In this document: positions 40,001-52,155 of the stretch, piece by piece
Layout: each line of letters begins with the position of its first letter
Numbering within the stretch: the first letter of the stretch is position 1
Assembly (NCBI GenBank): GCA_000708835.1
Contig: DF237276.1
Location: 38,195-102,194 of the forward strand
DNA length: 64,000 bases
Direction: 5' to 3'
DNA from: Klebsormidium nitens
Lineage: Eukaryota > Plantae > Klebsormidiophyceae
Translations under genes and position numbers: made by a program
Notes under the pieces: model-generated
Seen by the model: only the letters and a program-made list of their open reading frames with translations
Told to the model about the DNA's origin: nothing
Databases searched by the model: none

Positions 40001-41466
40001 TCCGTTCCAGGCAGCTCTGCGGTCTGCGCCTAACCCCGGCCCACGTGGCAAAGCTAACCGGGCGGGCTCACGGGGCATCGGCGGCTGACGAGGCGCTGAC
40101 GTCACGGTCCGGCAGCGAGTCCGGCGGCAGGTACGACAGACATTCCGACGTTACGTCACGGTTGTTGCTCGATCATCGCTTGTCTGAGCGTTAGAGATAA
40201 CCTAGTCGCGACTTGCAATTCCAACGTCCTCATCTCGGAATCAGGCAAAAAGCGGCTTTGGGAAGAATCTGGTACATTTTCTGGATCTCGGTCTGCAAAG
40301 TTCATACCCATTTTCTGACGATGGCCTTGCCCTCTATTTTTAGGGGAGTATTGAGCCCTCCGTCGAAAGAATATAAGAGGAGCCCAACGGTCTCCCTCGT
40401 GCAATATGACCAGCGCTGATGAATTGCTGCTTTCAACCATGAATTGGCTCATATTACCTATGATTGTAAACCTCAGACGGGCCAAAATTCGACCTTTAAA
40501 TATGCTTAACCGCTTTCCTCGATCGTCTCCATTGTCCATTCGGCAGCCGACCGGCGTCGCACCGGCTGGCCTCCGGCGTCCGTCCGGGGAAGGCTGTTCC
40601 GGCGGAGGAGAAGGGCCCGGGGCAAAGGAACGGAACACCGGAAGTGAACCGGGTGCCCTCGGGTAAGGACGTTGGCAAGCTGTCGAAACTGGTTCTCATC
40701 AGAGACACACCGATCGTTAACCGCTGAATGCCCGTAAGGTCTTCAACAAAGGGGGATTGAAGCTACACTGAAGGCAATATGCGGAAGATGAGCTTTGTAC
40801 TTTGAGGGACTGGTCGAGTTGCGAGATATTTCATTGGGTCGGATAGCAAAAGGGACACCTGCTTGTGCTCTGTCAAAAAGCGTTACTAGCTGGCTGCTCA
40901 CGTCAGCGGTTGGAAACATGAGAAACCATTGAAGCATTGCAATTGTCACACCGTTTGTGCTGATTCTTCCTTCGCAATCATTCTTCAAGTTTGACACCTC
41001 GTGATCTCGGCTTGTCATTGGCCGAATACAAAGCTGCGCATCAAGGAACTGATCCTGTTCTCGCAATCGGGGTACTATCATAGCTAGCTCTAAGCGAACC
41101 GACAAAAGTTTGTACTCTCCCGAAATGACTTGCGTTTGTGTCAAGATTACTGGAGGGGCGGATCGCAGAACTTCAGGATGCTCAACCCGGCTATCTGAAC
41201 ACAAGCACTCCATATGAAAAGGTCCATACTTCACCTGGAAGTATTTTGCAGTGGTTTACTTTGCTTTCTCTTGCGCGCTATGCTAGCTAATATTTGGCGC
41301 GCGCTCGCGCGCTTCTTCCGCAGCCCGGGCGCGAGCCCTGACGGACGAGAGCAGGAGCGGGGGGAGTCAACCGGACCAGTTTCTCGTCGATTGGCCGACC
41401 TTCGAGGCTTTCGTTATGGAACTGGACGAGTCCCTTTTCAGCGTTAGTAAGTCAGAGAAGCAGTGA
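25013..41466 (+). CDS. Very large leucine-rich-repeat (RI-like/NLRC3-type) protein with repeated G/HYxLxL modules, DUF4476-like helical repeats and a C-terminal EF-hand-like segment
   Basis: Exons 25013-26290, 26808-26959, 27475-27574, 28129-31212, 31790-32581, 33067-33240, 34218-34417, 35418-35688, 36314-36451, 36929-37123, 37614-39484, 40011-40130, 40547-40662 and 41324-41466 have compatible phases. LRRs include LNLEDNELG, LDLSRNDIGWEGA, LGLAGNEIGDQGA, LDLSWNMVRALGA, LNLDWNGLEDEG and LELKGNPIGDDG. Small exons near 26.4-26.7 kb are unresolved. Confidence 0.85.
31564..31588. repeat. (CTT)n microsatellite in an LRR gene intron
   Basis: tcttcttcttcttcttcttcttct. Confidence 0.8.
33320..35175 (+). 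repeat. Arrays of decayed exon-junction copies in LRR gene introns
   Basis: 3 copies of cagcgccaggccgt.gaccgcct.ggcgtgcactac (33320-33710), 2 of accggtcactacgagctgag...gcgatgatggcggcg (33915-34140) and about 5 of ggggcacaaggtgc..aaccagggg.ttctcaggtgg (34540-35175). Confidence 0.85.
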
Positions 41467-43553
41467 TACATTGGCCACTCTTGCGTTCACTAAGGGGTGC
41501 GTCAATTAAGATAAGCACCCGGGGGATGGGTGATATCAATTAGTTAGGAGTTAGGGTGAGTGCGGCTGCGAAGCGTGTCACAGCTTGGGTTACGGGTTTT
41601 ACTTAAAGTGGGCGTTCTGTTCCGCGGAACGCCGGACGTCCAAGGTTAGCGGCAGGGGGTCTCACGCAAATTTGAGTGCGAATCGCGAACGTCAGGTGCC
41701 GGGTTTCATGCCGGTAATCAGCGCAGCGACGGCCGAAGTCCTGGCGCAGGTCCAATTACACCGGATCAGTCGCCGTGACATGACGTCAGTGCTGACACTT
41801 TGGAACGCCCACTTTAAGGTGCCCGGTGCTCCTGTATCGTTGTGAACGCACCTCTTAGTGAAGCCAAGAATTGCTAGTATAGAAGTGATTAGTGCAAACT
41901 GCAGAAACCAGAGTGATTAGTGCAAACAAAAACCTGAGTGAGAACTCGGAGTTCTTCAGACTCGCCCTTGGTCTGTTAGCCTTGTAACAATAAGCGTGGC
42001 TATTCGAAATAGGGCGGCGCCTACCGAGCTGATAGCAAAGACGAGTCGCCGGGTTTGAGGGGTACTCCTAGAGTCCAGGCTTCTAAGCGCGGACCTCGAC
42101 AGGGATCCGCGTCAAGAAGGATTTTACTATGATGACTATGAGACGTCACTGCTTGATTGCTTACAAACGTCGACTGGATAGGAGAGATCGCGGGCGGCGG
42201 CTCTCGGAGATTGTTCTTTCAATTTAGAAGGGATAGCGGCGGGGGAGTCGGAGGGCAATTGCGGGTTGCTTTCTCTGTAGGGACTGAGTCGGTGAGTTTC
42301 CATGAAGTTTTGTACCGATCTTCACAAGCATAGGCGCATGGAAAGGGTATGGATTGGTAGGAAAATGGGGTTGGTGGAAATGAGGACACCGGCGTAGTCA
42401 AATGGTTGGACATATCGGATTGATCAACCGGGATGTGTCAAAATCTGATTTTGAATCTGATATTAAGGCTTACAAAGATTATGGAAAAAGACCTGAACGC
42501 AAATTTCGGTTTCCAAGTCTCACATTTCTGATGGAATCATGAGGCATCCTTCTACGTATGATTTGCATTGACGAAGAGTAGACCTCAACATCGATGGTGC
42601 CACGAAATTCATCGTATTGACGTCACCGTCAACGAGGTTGTCATTACTAAAGTCACTCGTGAAGGAAACGTACCAACAAAAAGGAGGTTGCTTTTCGAGC
42701 TCGTCTAGTACCTACCACTCGACCAGTATCTCGCCTCAATGACCCCAACCACATTCAATTCTCAGTAGGCCAGATTCATGATCGCTCTGTTATCAGCCCC
42801 CGGCCACCTTCGCGCTGACGTTGCTGCAGATTGCCTCAGGTCGGTCCAAAGTTTGAACAATTAACAGCTCCATGATGCTCTTCCAAACTCTCGCTGACCG
42901 GATCCGACCTGACCCGACCCAATCATGGGGTTAATCAGTGTCATTCTGTGCTGTCGTATAGCGCGTGATTTTATACCGGGCAGCCGACGAAACTTAAAGC
43001 TGCAGACCTGCACCAAGACACCAACGAACCATGTCTGACCTCATGCTCAGTCACCGTAGCACATGATTCTGTTACCTCATGCAAACAACTACTGTCCTCA
43101 AAGACCCACTACATACCCGGCGCGCTGCGCGTGCGTATATATGCATGCGCGGCGACCGGCGCCAATCGGCGCCGACTTGCAACCCTAGAGTCGAGCCTTC
43201 GGTACTCCGTGTGCCCTAGGCTGTGTGTCATCCTAGTCTCGATTAATGCAATAACATTTCCGCCGCCGTGTCAGCAAAGCATTGCATTTTGCCGCCTGTT
43301 TGGCGCCGTGCTCGCCGGTTTCGGCTCTAGGTAAAGTTTAAAGTTGCGCATTTGAACCGGCGCGTGAAACGGTTCAAATTTCAAACGCGCTAAATTTTCC
43401 GCAGGCTCCAAAATGCAAGGCTCGCGCGACTTAAATTTTTGGACCCAGGTCGCCGGCCCGCGCCCGCACGTACGTGTGCCGCTTTCAACGCGTCGCGTGC
43501 GGCGTGACGCCTGTTCTGGCAGGGAGGGTTAGAAACCCTGTATTGGTTGTAAA

Positions 43554-43965
43554 CCGTCACTTTGAAGTGGCACCCCCTTAGGTATTCTGTTGGGGGGGGG
43601 GGCTTGGGTTGCTTCAGCCGTCCGAAGGTGGGGGAGGGGGGGGGCTTGAGGCCTTTGACTTGGGGCGAAGCCCCAGCCAGATTTAAGCTGAAGTACATGC
43701 TTTTTCATGCTAATTGTCATCTTTTAGCCCATGGGTCTGACATTCTAGACCAAGAGGGAGACAAAAAAGCACTTTTCAAGGTAAAGAAGGGGCAAATTTC
43801 TGCATACGACAGTACAATTGTCCAAAAAATCTGCCCGGGTGGTGCCTTTCTGGACCGGGGCCTTGACCTTTTCTGAGAAGACAAGGCCGGGAGGGGGGGG
43901 GGCTTGGGACCCTCCGGCCAAAGTGCCTCTAAAATACCTAACCGGGTGCCACTTCAAAGTGACGG
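43554..43965. mobile_element. MITE-like non-autonomous element (~412 bp)
   Basis: 33-bp terminal inverted repeats with 2 mismatches: ccgtcactttgaagtggcaccc(cc/gg)ttaggtatt at 43554-43586 and 43933-43965. Three internal poly-G+cttg motifs. No clean target-site duplication (TSD) seen. Confidence 0.7.
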
Positions 43966-44685
43966 TACCCTAACGGCTACTGCTGACTAAGGTGAGTCAG
44001 CAAGCTACCGTAGGTATACGGACGAGGCGATCGGAAGAGAAAAGGAAGGAAAGAAGAGCGGAAGGAGGAGGCTCTGCCAATCACAGTGTACGTAAATAAA
44101 GTATATCATCAATTAGTATGCATGATGTCTCCTAATAATTGTGAATTCAAAAGCAATTGGATGACTCAGCAGCATGAGCCAACTTCTATGAAAGCCAAGT
44201 CAAAGTCAAAGCCAAAGTCGAAAGCCGAGATACTGGTAATTACTGCCCACCAATTAGTAATTACTAATAGGTGGGCTTGGCTGATCATGACCGTACCGAG
44301 TCTACCGATGTACCGACCAACCAGTCTTGCATGTTTCACAACAGGGTATAGGCAAATGATGTGCATTGATGAGTCATCACCTACCGGTATCTCCATCATG
44401 CACCCCCCTAGCATGTTGACATGTTTCCGATCGAGCAAGGCGATTTCTAATGTATTACCTAGTTCAGTCAGGATTCCCCAGTGTAGCTACTGTTGCAGGG
44501 GAACAACCAAAGAGATGCTGATTTCTGTCTGCGGCATCGCCCCCCAGAAATAATTGCATAAGGCTGGAGCTGCGTCTAGCGCTGTTTTCTTGGTTCTACC
44601 GAATCCTCAACAAGAAGAACGCAGCTGGCAGCTCCGAAGTTTTGAAGTGCTCAGCAGCCTCCCGTCCCTACAAGCGCTGTCGGCA

Positions 44686-47600
44686 ATGGCTCCCCGCGCC
44701 GCCCTCGCGGCGCTCCTTTCCCTCTCTGCCATTGTCCTGTACGCCGCTGCCTGCGTTCCTAGTGAGTCCCATGTAGACTGCAACTTCCATGGCCTATCCT
44801 CCCCTAAAAGTTGGGCTGAGCTGTCCAGCCAGACGGAGCAGCTCACTGCTGCCTGGAAGGCTGCCCTCGCCAGCACCCCCAAGTACCCCGCTGGTCACTT
44901 CTCTGGCAAAGGTCTGGTTATCACCGCGACCAAGCTTGATATGGACAATATCCCCGCCATTCTGGGGACCTTTCACTCCGAGGGCCTCAACCTGCCTGCC
45001 ATTGAGGTGAGCTTTCGGAGTGCCTCACGAAAAGCTGCCCCTCAAGAACCACATTATGTCACATGCCCTGCATTAAGTAAAATCTTGCGACGAGTGTTTT
45101 GTAACTGATTTGTGGTGGCCTCTGAGCATTGCCATTAACCTTCCTAAGAAGGATTCTGTCTCCCACAGCATCAGGGGATCAGGGAATCACAATCATTCCG
45201 CTTTCGGTACTTACTCGACCTTTTGAGCTATGCAATGCTAAGCTGGTGTGCAATATAAGCAGTTTAACTGCCGGACGTTGCCCAAGGGACCCAGTCTTCT
45301 GGAAAGCGCAGGTGGGAGTCAAGATTCGAAGTCAGGCATGAAGTTGAGGGCGTTGGTGACGAGCTGTCTGCATCATTGAGTGGAGAACACGCCGCAAAAT
45401 ACAAGCTGATTGTTCACGATTGCTATCCTCCGGGTAAAGACTCAAGCTCCAATGTGGCATTCAATGTATGGGGTACAAATTTCAAGTAAGTGATTTCAGA
45501 TAATTTCAAGTAATCTGACAATGTAATTCTTGCCAGATTGGTCACACCATAGACTATATATATAGTTGGGCATGCCGAGCTGCTCTTGGGCTCACCATAT
45601 TTCCCCTCTGTGCAGATTTGGTACTCAGGCGAGGTCAGCGCTGACATCATCGACACCCTGTCCGGCACCTATAGGAAGCTGGTGATCAGGAACGTGGCTA
45701 ACTATGCCAGCGCTGCTGACCTGAAGAGCACCATCACCAGCCAGGGAGACCATGTTTTCCAGGTATGTTCAGAATGGGTCACGGATTCTTAACTTGTCCC
45801 GCCGGTGGTGATGCTGCCTCCTCTATCATGTAAATGCCTGTTTGAGTCGCATGTGAATGCTCTCAGATCCAATGAAAGCCTCGTCTCTAACTTGAGCAGG
45901 ATGTAATCTGAGCCTTCTTTCCAAAAAGGGTGCATAAGGGACCCGCTGACGTACCTTCACGAATCATTCTTTCTTGACATGTTTGGTCTCGTCTTCCATG
46001 TCGAGCAAAGTCCAGATGCATTATGCAAGGAGTAGGGACAATATCATCTGGCAAATCTTTGAACTTTTATGGACACGTCTTCTTCAAGGCATGCACCAGC
46101 TTGCGTCGAGATGATTGCCTCAAATCCGACGACGTCATCTGTTCGTAACTTCCTGATTTGTGCTTTCCATCTGCTTCTCAATTTGAGCCGATTGTCTCGA
46201 GCGTGGAATTGTCCTGGATCCTGTCAACTCTGGGGCCGCATGCCCTTTCTGATCCATCCCCATACCACAGAGGGATTCCAATCCCACGTGGGTCCCCCTT
46301 CCTGGTCACTGTTTTCCCATCATCTCAACTCCCTGCATGTTTCAGGGGGGTGATAACTGCTAATCTGTGGTAAGCACTGATGGCCCCCCTCTGTGCCCCC
46401 CCCTACAGGCCAAGCCCCTGGCGATCATCCACTCTGCCTTCGAGGAGGTTCTGTTCATGGACGCGGACAACGTCGCTATCTCCAACCCCGCCGCCCTCTT
46501 CTCCTCTGCCAAGTACCGTTCCGCCGGTGCCCTCTTCTGGCCCGACTTCTGGCAGACTGCCACCCGGAACCCGATCTGGTCCGTGCTCGGTATTGAGCCC
46601 CAGGGCTGGGAGCAGGAGTCGGGCCAGATCGTCGTGAACAAGCGCACCTCGTGGGCCGCCCTCAACCTGGCCTTTTTCCTCGCCAAGGACGCGACGTTCC
46701 AGCAGATGGTGAACGGAGACAAGGAGGCCTCAGTCCGCCTGGCTTTCCTCGCCACCAAGACGCCGTTCTTCATGGTTGAAACCGCCGTCGCGGTTGCCGG
46801 GTCTGAGACTGAGACCGGCTTCTGTGGCCACACATGGTTCAGCACGATCTGGCGGGCGCCCCGCTGTTCCTCCACCACAAATCCCTCAAGCACGGAGCCT
46901 CCATCGAGTCGTGGCAAACCCTGAAATCGGTGGCGGCCGACAAGAGGTGAGGGTTACACCAGCATGCGGAATTTACCATGCATGTCTTCACATACGGATT
47001 CAAGCATGCCAGTTGTGCACGAGGTTCCTTTGACTGTCTGCCTGGAATCCGGTCTTGAGAGGTCTGGCTGGCCGTAAGCATTTCTGCGAGGGGGGTCTTT
47101 ACGACTTAGAAGGGCTTCCACAATTCTATTGGTTGATCTTGCTGTGGATCGTCTGGGTAAACATTGCCACAACTTCTCTCAAGACTCTCGTGGCACCGTA
47201 AGATTTGGCTGATCCAAGCTGCTCCCTTGGCGAGCCTTGACTGCCTGATCAAAGTTTGGTCTAGAACCCTTCTACATGATTTGTCTACACCTCTTCGTTC
47301 GTCAAACGTCCGGATCTTCTCATCAAGGAGTCTCTTGACCAAATCTGCTCGACTTTTCGTCTCGGTAGATACTCTCAGGCTGCTGCCAAGTACGTCCGGT
47401 CTCTGCCAAGTATCTTCAGAATTTATCATGTTCTTTTCTTCCCTCAGCTTCACCGTCGTCCCTCTCGCCCCTGCCACCATCAACGAGGAGCCTGTCTCTT
47501 GCCTCGACCTGACCGGTGCTGACGTCATCGTCACCCCCGCACCCTTCGCCGCCTTCGAGGCCTCCTTCAGCCAATCCCAGTCCGCTGCCCACCCCGCCCT

Positions 47601-49146
47601 CAAGGCCGTCTCTCGGAACGAGTTCATCGCTGCCACCCACAAGACCATGAGGAGGCTCCTCCAGGGCAACGGTCAGTACTTGTGGGACCCTTCTATGCCA
47701 GGCGGTATGGGACTTTTTAGGAAGCAGCCAGTTGTAGGATATGCGCTACGGACCAAACCTATAAGGCCTTCAGGCACGGACCGGACGCTGTCCGGAGGTC
47801 CGGTACGGGAGAGTATACCGCGGTTCCGAAGGGTCTACGTCATCTTACGTCAGCTGCGGAAGGCCGCAAAAAGGAAGGGGCGATCAACTTAAGCGAGCAA
47901 AATTGTTGAAGTTGTCGAATCGAACCCGGAAGCATGGATCTCAGCAAATTTTCATGTGTCACCTTTCTGCTCAGCTTCTTCTGGTGCCCCCGGGGATTGC
48001 CTTCTAGGGATTTGGGTTGATGACTGTAAAGTCGCTTGCCTGATCGGATCAAACGCTCTTTCAGCGACGTCTCCCTGGTGTTCCGTTATGATACTGTTTC
48101 CTGAGTGGATTCTCGGTTTTCGATCAAAGCAGCTAGTGTTTGCGGATACAAATGAATTCTTCAGCTGACTTCGATCCGCAGCTTTTGGCTCATCATCCTT
48201 GCATGTTCAATTGTAGGTACCTTCACCGTCCAGCCCGTCAATGGTGCTTGCGCCAATGGCCTCAACCCTGTAAGTTTTCTCTTTCTTTCCCACTGATATT
48301 ACATGTGCAAAGCTCGATCTTCTCTATGATCAACCCCGTGAACACTTTTAGGCAATGAGAGATGTAGTCGGGAGACGATCAACCCTGCATAACAACTACA
48401 TCTCTCAGTGCCTGAAGGTGTTCCGGACTAAAGTAACAGGATTGGACTGATTTCCTACATTGCTTTTATGACGTGATTGGTGGCTGAATGGAGCTGCAGA
48501 TAGGGTCAACGTTTGAGGAGAGCGCTCCACTTTCACCCCTCTTCTTGCCAAGCGCTGATGACCGATCCCCCGTCTGGTTTACAGTGCTACTCCAGCGGAG
48601 GATCCACCCTCACGTGCTGCGTGGTTGCCTGCTCCGGCCAGTTCGGTGGCCCTATCGGTCCCAACGACAACAGGGCTCTTTGCTCTACCCCGAACGGTGG
48701 TCTGGACTTCCCCGCTGGTGCCACCACGCCCCGCCCCACCACGCCTATCTCAACCACCGCCCCGGGTAGTGTCCCCCCCGTCGACGGCATATGCGGCAAC
48801 CCCAACTTCAGCCAGCCGGTGAGTGAACCATAGGGGCCAAGCTCGCGCACTTGATGCTCAAACAATCGCACGTACCCAGGAACTTTAGGTTCGCACCTCC
48901 GTGCTGTCACGTTGGGTCTCGCCTCCAAGGATTGGTGCCATCGAAATGCTGTTTTTGCGCCCGTCTTGTTGTCTTTCTGAGGTCTTGAAAGTCCGGAACT
49001 CCCGTTGTATGTGCTCATGATTTTGCAACGTCTGGTCGTTGCAGTGCCTCGCTGCTGGTGCTGGCGCCCCGTCCATCTGCTGCGCGGCTTCCGGCTTCCA
49101 GTGCGCCGGAACCACCGGACCCACCCCCTTCTGCGCACCCATCTAA
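44686..49146 (+). CDS. Secreted GT71 (MNN2/MNN5-like, Mannosyl_trans3) alpha-mannosyltransferase with two C-terminal Cys-rich modules; one apparent 1-nt frameshift
   Basis: Exons 44686-45006, 45616-45762, 46409-46946, 47448-47671, 48217-48269, 48585-48818 and 49045-49146. Signal peptide MAPRAALAALLSLSAIVLYAAA. GT71 motifs: YPAGHFSGKGLVI, PAIE|IWY, KPLAIIHSAFEEVLFMDADN, GALFWPDFW, EQESGQIVVNK, GDKE and CGHT-MVQHD. Confidence 0.85.
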
Positions 49147-50426
49147 GCCTCTGGTCATTCCAGGTAGGTTCCGGGTTTGTTTTGCAGTCATCCTTGCGTG
49201 ATCAAAATCTGCTGGAATGTTCTCACATGAGAAGACAGCATGGCGCTTTGGCGGAGCAATACCCCGAAAAACGGTGAACGGAATCTCTGAACGGATGAAT
49301 CTGTAGAGGGGCATACAGGAGATCTTCGACTGGAGTTACTAACTGTGAGAAAACACTGTGAGAAACGTTAGTCAGGTGGAGAATCTTGTAGCTCGACTTC
49401 TCCTAATGGCGATTCTCTGGTCTTCTATCCAGGTTGCTTCTCGAATTTCGTCCACTGTACCTCCATGGCGTTGCTGAGGCATGAACAGTCAAGCTTGAGA
49501 CCGGAATACTGTCCTCGGTCAACAGTTCGCTCGCTAGTGATCACCCCAAATAAGGCCTTGACCAAACTTTGGGGTTTCAAACCCGCGTTTGTAACGGGAA
49601 CTCTAATTAGACTCTGTGCGAGAGAACGGGAATTCTTAGACTCTAGACTCTTAAACTCTTAGACTCTGCGCGCCTCGTGCAGTTTACAAAAAAGGCTTTC
49701 GGATATGAAACCAGTGACGGGTCATTGGGGACATACAGTGTAATTGCACGCACGCCAGTAGTGGTTGCTTTCCAGCGACCACCTTAGAGTTGAAAACGGA
49801 TCCTCATTCTGGGTTGTAGCAAGGACATTCGAAAACTCACTTTGAGAACTATGGGTTCAAATGTTCAAGTACTGACATATCCTGAAATCAGAAACTAACA
49901 ACTTGAACTTAAGAGCTAACAGTTTGTTCGCTTCTAAATGAAAGGCAACGGAGATCGCTGAGTCAGCTATTTGAGCCCCTGTTCATGAGCGGCAGCTCAT
50001 TAATCTACTGACGTCTGTTGACGCCCCTGGCACGCCTACTAGACACAGGAGCAATGACATCCAACAATAATATCATTGATAAAAGGTAGGGTGTTGAAAA
50101 GGCAATTGCAAATACGTTTGTGTTCTGGTTTACCTTGTTCACAGACATTTGGCAAACCGCGCGCCGGTGTGCACTGTAGAGACACTGCATGATTTTGACA
50201 CGTACTGATTACTTTATATATGCATCGAACATGTTGGGTAAAATGAACAAAGTCACACATCGAAACAATGGAAACATGTTCAGCTATCGTCTCGATGGAA
50301 TGCACCAGAGGATGTCAGTGTACTATCACAAGTACCGATTCGTCTGTAAGCGTCCGATTGTAAAAGTTGCATATGCATTGCTGCTGCTAATATTTCCGTT
50401 TCTTTTCTGTGCTATACACATAGTGG

Positions 50427-50768
50427 CAGGGTTTCCCAAGACCGGCAGCCTGCGGCGGACCTGGCTGGCTGCCTGGGAAGGAACTCTGGCTGGTTCAGAA
50501 GGCATGGGGGTGCACCCCGCCGGCTGGGGAGCTGGCGACAATCACACCCCCGCAATGTACTCAGCTAGAGCCCTGGCCCCCCCACGGAGCTGGCAAAGGC
50601 AAAAAGAAGTTTTCAGCCATTAAGAGTGGCTGGCAAACCTGGGGCGGACAACTTAATGGGAACTTTTCATTGAAAAGCACCCTCGACTGCCTGTTTCCCA
50701 ACTTTGGTACAACCGGGGTCCTGAGCCTGTGGCTGGCTGGCCGGAACGGAAGTACTTGGGAAACCCTG
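50427..50768. mobile_element. hAT-like MITE (~342 bp)
   Basis: 14-bp perfect TIR cagggtttcccaag at 50427-50440 with its reverse complement at 50755-50768. The CAGGG...CCCAA start resembles hAT/Charlie termini. The 8-bp flanks catagtgg and catactaa match only partly (decayed TSD?). Confidence 0.55.
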
Positions 50769-51624
50769 CATACTAAGTGGGCTTATATAGAAGCCTTAGT
50801 CTTCTTGCTCGGAAGCTCATGCAATCAAGTACGTTCCTTGCCCCGTTCCTTGAGCTTGCAACTCGTAGGTTTTACATACGCATGCATCAACACATCAAAT
50901 GAAGGCAACGCACAACGCCTCAGGTATATACACATCGGCGTTTAGAACATATATACAGATCGATTGACTTAAGTGCGATCAACGGGCGTACGAAAATACA
51001 TCAGGCTACGATCCCGCCATATAATCACGTCATGAGTACCGCGACTCAATTATAGCCGCACTTCCAAGGCCACGTCTCCGCCGCGTTTGGACGACCCCTG
51101 TACTGATTCCGCAGCTGCATGGTACGCTTCTCTGATCATACCAGATATTCTTACAGCTTGACAGCTGGGACTCGGATCGACGAGACAATACTGCCGGGCC
51201 CCGGCCTTCCAGCTCATGTGATGTGAGGGCAGAGAGGGCAGAAACACCGGCCTTCCAACGTCACGTGATCGACGTTGACTTACAAGAGTGACGTGCAGGA
51301 ATGTTTCCGACTTGTCTCATTCTCTCATGTTTCTCACTAAGTTAGGCCGATCCACGGGCCAGCTGCCCAATGTGATGGTCACTGGCCGGTGTCGACGAAT
51401 TCGTGTTTCGGAAGCGCATCAGCATGAGCACAGTGGCGAGCTCGTGGCATTTTTCCTTACCAAGTCATGAGCTGGAAGTCGAAAAGAAAACTGGGTACGT
51501 GGCTTTTCTCGCAGAGTCGATGCAGCAATCTGGCAGATGTTTCTTCAATTTAGCAAAATTAGGCACGCAAATGGAATCGAAGCTCTAGCAAAAATTAAGA
51601 AGCAGCTCCTACACCGTTGACACT

Positions 51625-51660
51625 CACTACATTGACCAGCAAGTTGTCAAAAAGCGCAGT
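51625..51660 (+). repeat. Left terminal inverted repeat
   Basis: cactacattgaccagcaagttgtcaaaaagcgcagt. Confidence 0.92.
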
Positions 51661-52155
51661 CTAACTCGGTCACTTTTCAGGTCTCCGGCTCCCGCGGCGA
51701 ACAGCTTGGACCGTCCGATGACCTTTCACATGGTCTTGGAAAATTCACCGCACGAGCGAATTGTGACGTCAAGGGCCAAATATCAGATTCGCAGAGTTAC
51801 TTCGGCAGTACTGCACTGCCTACGTGGCCCTTGACTTTGGCGCCTGCCCGCCATCAATGGCATCATCCTGCGTCCAGGCTTGAAGTTGAGTCTCATCATG
51901 AATCATGGCTGCCAGTGCAGGCTCAGCTAGGCTGGAGGAAGCGCTTCCATGCAAGGAAATTCAGTGCCTTTGAGTCCTGCGCCAAGTAGGAGTCAGGTTG
52001 GATGACCTCTATGCCGGTTATTCTCTCCAGCCGCTCGGGAAGAGAGTTTGAAGGACGGGGCTGGCCCTTCTGGTGCTTTATTAGGCAGGCCCTTGTTCCA
52101 CAATACAAATACTATTAGCAACAGCTTCGGAACGCAGTTTCTCAGCAATTCAGCC

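Noticed and set aside
42560-42750. Protein-like stretch (IHRIDVTVNEVVITKVTREGNVPTKRRLLFELV*YLPLDQYL)
   Set aside because: It is short, contains stops and has no recognisable family; it may be a decayed element but this is unsupported.
1-50000. The numerous short or antisense ORFs in the six-frame track
   Set aside because: They are shadows of GC-rich exons or intron read-through with no family motifs.
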